Shown here piece after piece: positions 1-9,370 of a stretch of 64,000 nucleotides of DNA. Positions within the stretch are counted from its first letter, which is position 1; each line of letters opens with the position of its first letter. The notes below the pieces were generated by a model. The model saw only the letters and a program-made list of their open reading frames with translations. It was not told where the DNA came from and ran no database searches. The translations under genes and the position numbers were made by a program. Source of the stretch: an uncultured Gammaproteobacteria bacterium (GTDB taxonomy: Bacteria; Patescibacteriota; Patescibacteriia; Veblenbacterales; UBA10138). The stretch is taken from the NCBI GenBank assembly GCA_964348825.1, contig CAYGDX010000002.1:15489-79488 (forward strand), in the 5' to 3' direction.

Positions 1-180
1 TTTTATTTAGTACGCGCGGGGTGGTGCGAAGTTCTAATTTAAATTCACCAAGTGGTAGCTTAAAGGTAATGCTAATAAAAGTACCCGGATCAGGAGTTAA
101 ACTGCCCGCTTCTTCGGCTAGCACTTGATACTGCTTATGGATTTTATCCACAATTTCTTGCCATTTTTCTTGAGTCATAA
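1..180 (-). CDS. hypothetical protein, N-terminal part (gene continues beyond window start)
   Basis: Open frame from ATG at 178-180 running to the window edge (MTQEKWQEIVDKIHKQYQ...). No recognisable motif. Confidence 0.35.
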
Positions 181-265
181 TGTTTTAATTCTTAATTTTC
201 ATTAGAACATTAAATCACTAGAACATAAAAACAAAAAAATAATAAATGTTGTATTGTTCTAATGT

Positions 266-1558
266 TTAAGTGTTTAAGTGTTTTTCATCCAAATACCTTC
301 TTCCCTTCAAACTCTCGGGCATATAACTTTGATCAACAGGACCTTCAAAATCCGGATTATACCGGTAGCCCTTTCCATAATCCAAATCTTTCATTAATTT
401 AGTTGGTGCGTTGCGTAAATGCAGTGGCACTGGCTCATTGATAGTGCGGACTACATCCTCCTTTATTTTACCATAAGCTGAGTACAAAGCGTTAGATTTA
501 GGCGCGCTTGCCAAATAAGCCGTCGCCTGCGCTAGTACAACATTACACTCTGGCATGCCAATTTGATGTGCAGCTTGATAAGCCGCCACCGCTTGAAGTA
601 AAGCATTTGGATCGGCCAACCCCACATCTTCCGAAGCAAAACGAATTAAACGCCTGGCCACATACAAAGGATCTTCACCGGCTTCTAGCATACGTGCCAG
701 CCAATAAAGTGCGGCATCGGCATCGCCCCCGCGCATTGATTTATGAAGTGCAGAGATAATATTGTAATGTTGTTCGCCTGATTTATCATACAAAAGATGG
801 GTGCGCCCTAAACTTTGTTTGATAATATTTTCATTGAGCTCGGCTACGCCATTTTTAAGTTGTGATTTAACCGCGAGCTCTAAAGTATTAAGTGCCACGC
901 GCGCATCACCGTTTGACAAAACGGCGATATGTTCAAGAGCTGAATCAACGCCTGTAACTTTAATATTACCTAAACCCCGCTCTTTATCTTGAAGCGCGCG
1001 CTCTAAAATTAATTTAATATCAGCAACGCTTAATTGCTTGATAACCACCACGCGCGAACGAGAAAGTAACGCCGCAATTACTTCAAAGGAAGGATTTTCA
1101 GTGGTAGCGCCGATTAAGGTAACAATGCCTTTTTCCACACTCGGTAGTAGCGCATCTTGTTGTGATTTACTCCAGCGATGAATTTCATCAATAAAAAGAA
1201 TGGTGCGTTGGTTTTTTAATTTTCTAATATTGAGAGCTTCGCTTATCGCAGTACGCAAATCATCTAAACCACTAGCTACGCCTGAAAGTTCTATAAAATT
1301 TGATTTGGTTAAACGGGCGATGAGTTGCGCTAGTGTGGTTTTGCCACTACCCGGCGGACCCCAAAAAATAAGCGACGGTATTTCATCACTTGTCACCAAA
1401 TTGCGCAGTAAAGTACCCTCGCCTACTACTTCAGCTTGACCCACAAATTCAGACCAATTTTGCGGACGCATTTTGTCTGGAAGCGGTGCCTCGCGACTCA
1501 AGCTATCAGCCAGCGCCGAATCAAATAAATCAGTTGTTTGTGTGGATTTTTTAACCAT
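266..1558 (-). CDS. rarA: replication-associated recombination protein A (AAA+ ATPase RarA/MgsA)
   Basis: 430 aa. Walker A GPPGSGKTT, Walker B ILFIDEIHR, and the conserved MgsA C-terminal region (ALHKSMRGGDADAALYWLARML). Confidence 0.85.
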   Translation of the reverse strand: MVKKSTQTTDLFDSALADSLSREAPLPDKMRPQNWSEFVGQAEVVGEGTLLRNLVTSDEIPSLIFWGPPGSGKTTLAQLIARLTKSNFIELSGVASGLDDLRTAISEALNIRKLKNQRTILFIDEIHRWSKSQQDALLPSVEKGIVTLIGATTENPSFEVIAALLSRSRVVVIKQLSVADIKLILERALQDKERGLGNIKVTGVDSALEHIAVLSNGDARVALNTLELAVKSQLKNGVAELNENIIKQSLGRTHLLYDKSGEQHYNIISALHKSMRGGDADAALYWLARMLEAGEDPLYVARRLIRFASEDVGLADPNALLQAVAAYQAAHQIGMPECNVVLAQATAYLASAPKSNALYSAYGKIKEDVVRTINEPVPLHLRNAPTKLMKDLDYGKGYRYNPDFEGPVDQSYMPESLKGRRYLDEKHLNT

Positions 1559-1672
1559 AATTGCCCCACCATTTTAGCATAAACTGATATTAATTTAAAG
1601 CATCACAAAGTGTCAGCGGTCGCTGACACTTTGTGATGGATAAAATTTTAATTAATTATCTAAAAATCCTAC

Positions 1673-2269
1673 TTAGACCTTCTTTACCATTTCATCAAAA
1701 GTTATTCTTTGATAATCATGCTCTTCAATACCATTTAATTTATAAACTTGATGAGTGGAAAAGCGTTTACCATCTTCTGGTTTTAAACCTAAACTTAGAG
1801 CGGCCGCATTCACTTGCTCCCAAAGCTTCCCTTCAATTTCCAAATAAGGCGGAAGTTTTGGCCAAGTATCAATATCAAATTCTACTTCGCCTTTCATAAA
1901 TCGAACACGGCGATTTTCTTCATAAAATTTTTCTTTTAAACCAATTGCTTCAAGTAGCGCGCCGGTTTGTTCAAAATCGCTTACTACTATTTCCATTTCT
2001 TCCATGCCAGTGTCGGAAGTTGTGCCATCGGAAGTTTGCACTCCTAAACGTCGCTTAAAAGCTAATGTCACTTTATCACCTTCATCACGCAAACGTACCC
2101 ACGAATGCTCGGCCGCTAAACGCAAATCGGGGTAATCAAAAACCCGCCGACGATAAAGCCACTCGCCGACTTTTTGTGCACCGATAGATTTGAGTTTATT
2201 TTCTATCTCAACTGGATTAATATTAAGAAATTTTACTTCAATTTCTTCCATTTTAGCGCCACAAACCAA
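1673..2269 (-). CDS. CYTH-domain protein (CyaB-like class IV adenylyl cyclase/triphosphatase fold)
   Basis: 198 aa. An EIEVKF acidic beta-strand start and an ExE-type motif layout typical of CYTH. The real start is probably the internal Met at MEEIEVKF. Confidence 0.6.
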   Translation of the reverse strand: MVCGAKMEEIEVKFLNINPVEIENKLKSIGAQKVGEWLYRRRVFDYPDLRLAAEHSWVRLRDEGDKVTLAFKRRLGVQTSDGTTSDTGMEEMEIVVSDFEQTGALLEAIGLKEKFYEENRRVRFMKGEVEFDIDTWPKLPPYLEIEGKLWEQVNAAALSLGLKPEDGKRFSTHQVYKLNGIEEHDYQRITFDEMVKKV

Positions 2270-2669
2270 GAATTAAACCAAATGCTACAAAACAAACTAA
2301 TTGGTAACCAGCTTGGATTAAAAATCTAGCCCAAGATACACGGGCTGAATCATTGTTCCACATTGCGCCCGAAGCTATCATCGGCATTATAAAAGCGGCC
2401 CAAATCCAAAGTGATCGTTCTAGACCGCTTACTTTTACCGTATCATTAATAAGATGCGTCAGCACTAAAACCTGAAATAAACAAAGTAAAAATTGTGTAA
2501 TATATAGTTTCCACACATTTTTCATCATTTCTTGGCGACGAGCTTCGTCAACCTTATCCGCACCGGTAATCTCCAACCACTTTTTACCAAACAGTGGCCC
2601 ATACCAAACGGCCCCCAAAATAATTGACAGCACTGCACAAACCAACACGGCCCAATAATTTGTATCCAT
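2253..2669 (-). CDS. small integral membrane protein (DUF1761-like)
   Basis: 138 aa with 4 predicted TM helices. N-terminal WYGPLFGKKW motif. Confidence 0.45.
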   Translation of the reverse strand: MDTNYWAVLVCAVLSIILGAVWYGPLFGKKWLEITGADKVDEARRQEMMKNVWKLYITQFLLCLFQVLVLTHLINDTVKVSGLERSLWIWAAFIMPMIASGAMWNNDSARVSWARFLIQAGYQLVCFVAFGLILGLWR

Positions 2670-2741
2670 AGATAAAAAGTTAATAATTAAATATTAAATT
2701 ACTAGATCATTATACCATAACAACAGTTTAAAATAATATCA

Positions 2742-3425
2742 TCACTTCCCAAACCGGCGCTCGCGGCTTTCGTACCAAGCTAATATTTTATCAAACTCTT
2801 CTTCCTCAAAATCAGGAAAAAGCGTGGATGTAAAATAAAGCTCGGCATACGATAGTTCCCACAACAAAAAATTAGAGATTCTTTGCTCACCTGAGGTTCG
2901 AATCATTAAATCAACCGGTGGCAGATTTTTTGTAGTCATTGCCTGCTTTAAATCATCACTTGTTATTTTAGATAAATCAGCGCCACTGCTTGATAATTTT
3001 TTAATTGCTTTTAGAATTTCCTGTTGCCCGCCATAATTTATACAAGCTACAAAATTTCCAGCCGTGCCATTTTTAGTTTTGGCTTCAGCTTCATTCATTA
3101 CTTTTTGTAAACTTGGGCGCAACTCTTCCCTTTCCCCTACAAAATGCAAACGAATACCATCGCGCACAAACTCGTCTATTTCATTTTTCAAACCAGTTTC
3201 AAGTAAATTAAACAAATAACCAACCTCGGCTTCAGTGCGCTGCCAATTTTCTTTGGAAAATAAATAAAAACTCGCCCACGGTATGCCACGTTTAAAAATC
3301 CAGCGTGCGAGCTCTCTCACTTTTTTATAACCAGCTAAATGACCTTCTAAGGTTGGCAGATTTTGATTTTTAGCCCAACGACGATTACCGTCGACGATGA
3401 TGGCGATGTGTTGTGGTAGGGGCAT
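2742..3425 (-). CDS. uppS: isoprenyl transferase (undecaprenyl-diphosphate synthase)
   Basis: 227 aa. HIAIIVDGNRRWA and the ERRFG C-terminus are UPP synthase signatures. Confidence 0.9.
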   Translation of the reverse strand: MPLPQHIAIIVDGNRRWAKNQNLPTLEGHLAGYKKVRELARWIFKRGIPWASFYLFSKENWQRTEAEVGYLFNLLETGLKNEIDEFVRDGIRLHFVGEREELRPSLQKVMNEAEAKTKNGTAGNFVACINYGGQQEILKAIKKLSSSGADLSKITSDDLKQAMTTKNLPPVDLMIRTSGEQRISNFLLWELSYAELYFTSTLFPDFEEEEFDKILAWYESRERRFGK

Positions 3426-3612
3426 AATTAATAAATAACCACATTAAACGACCATTTCTACTACAATCTGAAATACAATTTCATGTCTTGGTCGGGGCAC
3501 TGGGAATCCCCTGCGGGCCTGGGTTGTGCGGTCTATGACATCGCCCAACCCTTCGCTTCCCACCGCGAGTGAAACTATTCACTCGCTTCACCCCTCATTC
3601 GCTTTGGCTCAT

Positions 3613-3684
3613 TCGGGGCACTGGGAATCGAACCCAGTCTACACGCACCCGAAGCGTGTGTACTACCGGTATACTATGCCCCGA
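3613..3684 (-). tRNA. tRNA-Pro (anticodon CGG)
   Basis: Hand-folded cloverleaf. Acceptor CGGGGCA/TGCCCCG, anticodon stem CACGC/GCGTG with loop TTCGGGT, T-arm CTGGG-TTCGATT-CCCAG. CCA is not encoded. Confidence 0.75.
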
Positions 3685-3955
3685 AGAATTAGCGAGATAA
3701 TATTAACCCAAACCTTAAAAAATGTCTATGCGTATAAAAAATAACTAAATAGACCTAAATGTATAAATCCGAAACTCTAATATCTAAATCCTAAATAAAT
3801 CCAAAATATTTAAATTTCTAATTCCTAATTTCTAAAAATGACTAATATCTAAACTCAAAATCTGAAATTAAATTTTAATTTCTAAATTTTAAACCAATTT
3901 TAAATGACTAAATGTTTTAAAATTAAAAATTTATAATTTAAAATTATCAATTACC

Positions 3956-4552
3956 TTACTTCTTAACTGTGGGCATTATCACAATCTGCGAGACCTCACT
4001 TAAAGTTTTATTATTTTTATCCCACAACCCTGAAACTACTACTTCTGCTCCAACCATCAAATCGGCTGGTAATTTATTTACCCTTTTGTCTAAAATTTTT
4101 GTAGTATCGGAAAATGTAACAATAATCAGACCATTATTTTTATTTTTCAAATTAAATTTATAATTTGTAGCATCTAAATTTTCTATTTTACCGGTAAAAG
4201 TCGCTTTTTTCTTTATGATTGAAAGATTTCTAATTAAACGAGGATTAATAATACTATCGCCCTCTCGCCTACCTTGAATTTGTAAAATATCGCCGATTTT
4301 AAATTCAGACAAATTTGATTTAGCACCCCAGCGCCGAATCAACTTAGTTTTATCGGCTACTTGAACTTGAAATTCTTTATCTTTTACTGCCACAGTTAAA
4401 TTAGTACCATTTATTGCCTTAAGTTCAGCTTTATGCCAAAACATTGGTTTAAAAGATAAACCATTACCAGCTAGTACACTGGATGGTAAAATAATAAGAG
4501 TGATGGCAATTAAAAAAATTTTATGAAAATTACTCATAAACATACCAAGCAT
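3956..4552 (-). CDS. secreted hypothetical protein (signal peptide; DUF5666-like beta-rich)
   Basis: 198 aa. N-terminal hydrophobic signal followed by AG, and lysine-rich. Confidence 0.45.
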   Translation of the reverse strand: MLGMFMSNFHKIFLIAITLIILPSSVLAGNGLSFKPMFWHKAELKAINGTNLTVAVKDKEFQVQVADKTKLIRRWGAKSNLSEFKIGDILQIQGRREGDSIINPRLIRNLSIIKKKATFTGKIENLDATNYKFNLKNKNNGLIIVTFSDTTKILDKRVNKLPADLMVGAEVVVSGLWDKNNKTLSEVSQIVIMPTVKK

Positions 4553-4590
4553 TAATTATTAATTAACTTAATTATATCATAAAATAATAC

Positions 4591-5346
4591 TTAACGCACT
4601 AACTTTTTTAAACCAAAAGCTAGGCCGGAAATTATTACTACTAATAATAGTAAAGCGGCGGCGTAAGATAAAAGTGGTAATAAAAATGTAATCGCGCTCA
4701 TAGTCCAAATTGATAATTGAATACCAATATTTTGACCAAGCAATTGACTAATAAAAACAATTAGAACTATTAGTAAGGATAAGGCGGTAAAACCGGCGGC
4801 AGTATATTTTAAATCATGAGTCGAGGGTGATAAATGCGCCGCGATACAAAAAGTTAAATAAATAAAAACCCAAGTTTGCCAAATAGTAAAATCAAAGACT
4901 TGCCACAAGTTAACTACCCACGTAAACCACGAAGTAAAATAACCAATGATATTTAACCATATTTCACCACTAACATTAAATACCGGTGCGACTGGCGCTT
5001 GAGGTAGCAACATTGTTACCAACCATAAAATAAACGTGCCACCAAGTAGTGGAAATATGGAAATAATAATTAAAGTAATAGGATTGTTAGATGCTTCGTG
5101 CGTAACTGAGCCAAGCACTGTGCCGCCATCTATTTTTTTCGGCCATAAAGAAAAGCCATGCACGCGCGTAAAAGTAATCACGGCGCCTAAGAGATGCGAT
5201 AATTCATGAATTACCACGCCCGGCCACAGTAAAAAATTATAAATTGTTTGTCCAAAAAGCGCGAGTAAAAATTTACTGGCGAGGCGAGATAAATAAAGCA
5301 CAAGCAGAATAGCGATGAGACCAGAAAGGATTGTTGATAAGTTCAT
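4591..5346 (-). CDS. polytopic membrane protein with HExxH motif (putative membrane-embedded zinc metallopeptidase, DUF3267-like)
   Basis: 251 aa. VVIHELSHLLGAV lies inside a TM segment, with about 6 TM helices in total. Confidence 0.45.
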   Translation of the reverse strand: MNLSTILSGLIAILLVLYLSRLASKFLLALFGQTIYNFLLWPGVVIHELSHLLGAVITFTRVHGFSLWPKKIDGGTVLGSVTHEASNNPITLIIISIFPLLGGTFILWLVTMLLPQAPVAPVFNVSGEIWLNIIGYFTSWFTWVVNLWQVFDFTIWQTWVFIYLTFCIAAHLSPSTHDLKYTAAGFTALSLLIVLIVFISQLLGQNIGIQLSIWTMSAITFLLPLLSYAAALLLLVVIISGLAFGLKKLVR

Positions 5347-5382
5347 AGAATTAAATCAAAAATAATTTATCTTAGCTACTTC

Positions 5383-5540
5383 TCTAGAGAAGTAGCGCAA
5401 GAGTCGCCGCCTCGGTCTCCAGGTTTGAACAGTGCTCGTCAAACGAGCTGGCTCAAGCTATGCCGAGCGACCACAAACACGCTTGAGCCGGACGCTCGTT
5501 TGCCTTGCGCTCTGTACAAACCCTACGACAGGGCGGCAAA
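5383..5540. repeat. GC-rich ~150-bp hairpin repeat, copy 1 (family of 4)
   Basis: Shares the core GGTTTGAACAGTGCTCGTCAAACGAGC ... GCTCGTTTG ... CTGTACAAACCCTACGAC with copies at 8703, 48046 (reverse complement) and 61958 (reverse complement). Flanked by the palindrome CTACTTCTCTAGAGAAGTAG. Confidence 0.8.
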
Positions 5541-5606
5541 ACATTAGGAATTGGGATTTCGGATTTATTTAGAGTTTAGATATTAGGATTTAGGATTTTT
5601 TAGAAA

Positions 5607-6593
5607 TTAGTTATTAGTATTTCCAAACAATCTCTTCCCCTCTTCCCAATACTTCTCGCGTCCATCTAATTTCTGTTTCCACCACCACTCCACGCCCCAC
5701 ACAAAGGCCTCGGAAAGTCCGGTGCGACGAGCGAAATTTGTGTGTTCTTCAAACTGTGCCAATGAAAAAGATTTTTGCGCTTCTTGGTAACTTAAATTAT
5801 TTAACCCACTCGGCGCCCACGGCTCCATTTGCAATTCACTAATCACTGTTTTATTTACAAATGGCGAAACCAGCGCGGCTTTGAAACGATAAAAAAATGG
5901 TGACCAGAAGTAACGAAAATACCCTAGTGTTTTATCCCAAGTGACACGGTACATAGTAACGCCTTGCTCATCAGCTAAAATCGATGTTTCAAGCCACGGC
6001 GAAATTTCACCGGAATCAGTCATTAAAATCGGACGCGATGAATCAAGCGATTTTATTAAATCACGTTCTTCTCTCAATAAATGAAAGTTAGGCGTGCCAC
6101 ATTTACCAAAAGCAAATAGAGGTTCATTTTCAAGTTGCCATCTGATGATACTTCGATTAGATTGATAATGCTCTACCACTTTTTTTAGCATTGTTAAATG
6201 ACGCGCCCGCACTTCCCATGGTTTTAAATCAGATAACCAAATTGGGTCGTGACACTCTGGCCAACGCGGTAATTTTCGCCCTACCGCCAAAGTTACTTTA
6301 ATATTTTTTTCAGCCGCAGAATTTATATACCAATCAAGTTCTGAAAAATTAAACTGACCGCTTTGTTGTTCAATATCATTCCAATTGGCTTGCAAACGCA
6401 CTTGTTTAGGATTTAAATCATTTAAAATTCCTTGCCAAACCGTTCTAGCGTCAAGACCTAAATATTCAGCCTGACGCGGCGCAAAAGCCACCACCCACTG
6501 TGGTTCTTTAGTGAATGGCAAATACTGCACTTGCACTGCACCGTAGATTAGTACAGCGGCGATTAGAGATAGAAAAATGTAGAAGTATTTCAT
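5607..6593 (-). CDS. secreted glycoside hydrolase, GH5-like (clan GH-A TIM barrel)
   Basis: 328 aa with a signal peptide. WQLENEP contains the NEP catalytic acid/base motif of GH5-type enzymes. Confidence 0.5.
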   Translation of the reverse strand: MKYFYIFLSLIAAVLIYGAVQVQYLPFTKEPQWVVAFAPRQAEYLGLDARTVWQGILNDLNPKQVRLQANWNDIEQQSGQFNFSELDWYINSAAEKNIKVTLAVGRKLPRWPECHDPIWLSDLKPWEVRARHLTMLKKVVEHYQSNRSIIRWQLENEPLFAFGKCGTPNFHLLREERDLIKSLDSSRPILMTDSGEISPWLETSILADEQGVTMYRVTWDKTLGYFRYFWSPFFYRFKAALVSPFVNKTVISELQMEPWAPSGLNNLSYQEAQKSFSLAQFEEHTNFARRTGLSEAFVWGVEWWWKQKLDGREKYWEEGKRLFGNTNN

Positions 6594-6705
6594 GTTAAAT
6601 TAGTTTTAGTTTCGATCATTAGAACACTTAAACATTAGAACATTATTAATAAAAAACTTTTTGTTCTTATGATCTAGTGATTTAATGTTCTAGTGAAAAC
6701 TCTTA

Positions 6706-7593
6706 CTATCCCATACTCAACAACCACAGCCCGGCGCCGATTAAAATCATAGCTTGAATTTTTTGAAAAAGTACTGCGCGAGAAAATTCTTCTTTTAATA
6801 AAGCGGGATGAAAACGTGATAGTACCGCCGTTAACGCCAATAAAAATACATACTGCACTCCTTGCAAAGCATTAACCAAGCTCACACTTGTTAAACTAAT
6901 CGCATAAGTAATAATAAGCCCTGATAGCGCTCCAGCCGTTTGCCCACCCACCACTAACCATTTAAAACTTTTATGACCAGCTGATAAATCATTTCTTAAT
7001 TCCTTAGTCACGCCAGGCAGTAGTAATAAAAATAATCCCGCACCCGCCGCGCCCAAACGATTCCAAATCAAACTAGAAATAAAATTCGTATGCTCTAAAG
7101 AAAATTTAAGTAAAACCGATGATACAGCAAAGGCAATGGCCGCACCAATTGCTAAAATTAAATTAGCGCCTTTTAAACCACTTTTACCTTGAGTAATTAA
7201 TAATCCACCTAAAACTAATAAAACAAAACTGGCAATTTCATAAATAGACAATCGCTCACCCAAACTAATAAAAGCTAAAATTAAAACAAATAGTGGCGAC
7301 CAACTGCCGATTAAAGCCGGCACGCGCGAGGCCTCAGCTGTTTTCAAAATTGCAAACATTAACCACAACCCAACTGTAAAAATTGCGCCGGAAACTAAAC
7401 CAACTAATAAAACCGGAATCGAAATAAACTCCAATCCAAAAGGCGTAAGCACTAAAACAAATAATCCCAAAATAGAAATCATTACCGTATATACGGCGGG
7501 ATTTTTTATTTGTTTACTGGTTAATAAAATTTTATCAACCGCGATAGCCGTGGCGTTTAAAAAATAGCCAATTGCCGCCCAAAGTAACCACAT
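6706..7593 (-). CDS. EamA/DMT-family transporter
   Basis: 295 aa with 10 TM helices. Duplicated EamA halves with a GERLS motif. Confidence 0.65.
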   Translation of the reverse strand: MWLLWAAIGYFLNATAIAVDKILLTSKQIKNPAVYTVMISILGLFVLVLTPFGLEFISIPVLLVGLVSGAIFTVGLWLMFAILKTAEASRVPALIGSWSPLFVLILAFISLGERLSIYEIASFVLLVLGGLLITQGKSGLKGANLILAIGAAIAFAVSSVLLKFSLEHTNFISSLIWNRLGAAGAGLFLLLLPGVTKELRNDLSAGHKSFKWLVVGGQTAGALSGLIITYAISLTSVSLVNALQGVQYVFLLALTAVLSRFHPALLKEEFSRAVLFQKIQAMILIGAGLWLLSMG

Positions 7594-7679
7594 AATTTAG
7601 TCGTTAGCCACTAGTTCTTAGTTCTTAGCCACTAGTAGTAATACTAGGAACCATTGGCCAGGAACTAGTGGCTAAATTA

Positions 7680-8618
7680 TTATTTAAATATAAAAAACAA
7701 TTGTCCACCCACAAAAATCAAATAAATCAAAAATAAAATTAAACCTTCTACCCGTGTTAATTTTCTACCTGTGGAGCTAAACCAACCAAAAGCCAAAAGT
7801 AATAATAAAGTAAAAAAACCCAACCAAACAAGGTGATTATCTACTATAACAATAAACCCGCGCGGTAGTGCCAAAATACCAAGTACTAAAGAATTACCTA
7901 AAGCACTACCAATTAAATTACCTAAGCTTAATTCTCTCATTTTACGCTTCGTGGCGCGAATGGCTAAGGCAATTTCTGGTAAATTCGTACCCACTGCCAG
8001 AATTATCCAACCCGTAACAACTTGAGTTACCCCAAGTAAATCAGTTAACTCTAAAGAAAATTTTAAAATCAAACGCGCGAGTACTACCACCGCCAAAACG
8101 CCAACTAGTAATAAAGAAATTGTATTGGTTAAAGAACTATTCTCGATTAATATTTCCGGCTGTACTTTTCGACGACTCGTAATAAAACGCCAAGCGAGAA
8201 GTATATAGCCCAAAATTAAAATTATGCCATCAGCCCGCGAAAGATTGCCATCAAAACTTAAAGCCACTGGTAAAATTATAAAAGCACCAACCGCCAAAAA
8301 TTCACTGACATTGAATGAATGTTTAGTTGATAAATCGCCCCGCGCTAAAACGCTAAGCCCTACCACCAACCCAAGGAGTACAATGATTCCACCAGTTAAA
8401 TTACCAAATGATAAAGCGCCATCGCCCTGCGATACAGCTTGTAGGCCGAGCGAAAATTCTGGCAAAGATGTTAAAAGCCCAATCACTAATCCCAAAGTAA
8501 AAATTGGCCACCTAAGGCGCCGCCCAATTTTTTGGGCATTATCAATTACCAAATCCGCCGCCAAACCAATTAAATAAAATAATAGGGCGAGTAAGGCAAT
8601 TAATAATATAATAGACAT
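7680..8618 (-). CDS. Ca2+/Na+ antiporter family (CaCA, YrbG-like)
   Basis: 312 aa. Two alpha-repeat motifs, TSLPEFS and GTNLPEIA (GxSxPE type). Confidence 0.7.
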   Translation of the reverse strand: MSIILLIALLALLFYLIGLAADLVIDNAQKIGRRLRWPIFTLGLVIGLLTSLPEFSLGLQAVSQGDGALSFGNLTGGIIVLLGLVVGLSVLARGDLSTKHSFNVSEFLAVGAFIILPVALSFDGNLSRADGIILILGYILLAWRFITSRRKVQPEILIENSSLTNTISLLLVGVLAVVVLARLILKFSLELTDLLGVTQVVTGWIILAVGTNLPEIALAIRATKRKMRELSLGNLIGSALGNSLVLGILALPRGFIVIVDNHLVWLGFFTLLLLLAFGWFSSTGRKLTRVEGLILFLIYLIFVGGQLFFIFK

Positions 8619-8702
8619 GAGGTAAGTATAGCATGGGATGCGAAGGATGATAATTTTTAAAATCTAAAATAAATCTTAAAATTTTAAATAATATATTTTG
8701 TT

Positions 8703-8860
8703 ACTTCTTTAGTAGAAGTAACCAAGAATCGCAGGCCACAGTCTTCGGGTTTGAACAGTGCTCGTCAAACGAGCTGGTTCAGGCTATGCACAACTACCAC
8801 AGCACGCCCGAACCGGACGCTCGTTTGACTTCCGCTCTGTACAAACCCTACGACGAGGCC
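8703..8860. repeat. GC-rich hairpin repeat, copy 2
   Basis: Same core as copy 1. The flanking palindrome is degenerate (TTACTTCTTTAGTAGAAGTAA). Confidence 0.8.
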
Positions 8861-9007
8861 GCATAACTGCTAATATTTTTTCATTTTACATCGTCATTTT
8901 CCATTTTGATTTTTAAATTTTAAATTAACAAAAATCCCCTGCTGAACAGGAGATTATTGTTCAATTTATGACTTAACAGTGGGCGACCGTTAGTCCTAAA
9001 TTATAGT

Positions 9008-9292
9008 TTACAAAATTGAATCTTTGGCGGCTTTGGCGACACGGAACTTAACCACGGTTTTGGCGGCTATTTTAATAGTTTCGCCAGTGGCCGGATTACG
9101 TCCCATGCGAGCGGCACGGGCTTTCTTCAAGAGTTTACCTAGTCCTGGTACGGTGAACTCACCGACCCGCTTGGTCTCTTTATAAGCCAATGCTACTACC
9201 GCCTCAAGCATTGCTAAAACTTCTTTTCGGCTGTGGCCGGTGGCCTCAGCCAAAGAAGTTAACAACTGTGTTTTTGTCATGCCTTTGGCCAT
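9008..9292 (-). CDS. hup: DNA-binding protein HU
   Basis: 94 aa. MTKTQLLTSLAEATGHSRKEV ... GRNPATGETIKIAAKTVVKFRVAKA matches the HU/IHF fold. Confidence 0.9.
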   Translation of the reverse strand: MAKGMTKTQLLTSLAEATGHSRKEVLAMLEAVVALAYKETKRVGEFTVPGLGKLLKKARAARMGRNPATGETIKIAAKTVVKFRVAKAAKDSIL

Positions 9293-9370
9293 ATTAGTAT
9301 GGGTTAGTTAATTAACAGGGTTTAGTATAGCACAAACCCCAAGAAATGCTAAGCAAATGGTGGATAAGTG

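Noticed and set aside
508-1439. Plus-strand ORFs 508..759, 801..992 and 1200..1439 inside rarA
   Set aside because: They are antisense to a well-supported minus-strand gene with clear Walker motifs. They have low-complexity, Pro/Arg-rich composition typical of shadow ORFs.
3526-3744. 72-aa plus-strand ORF
   Set aside because: It overlaps the tRNA-Pro gene and the GC-rich tRNA trailer. The frame is an artefact of tRNA sequence.
8224-8577. 117-aa plus-strand ORF inside the CaCA antiporter gene
   Set aside because: An antisense shadow ORF. The minus-strand frame has two GxSxPE alpha-repeats and good hydropathy.
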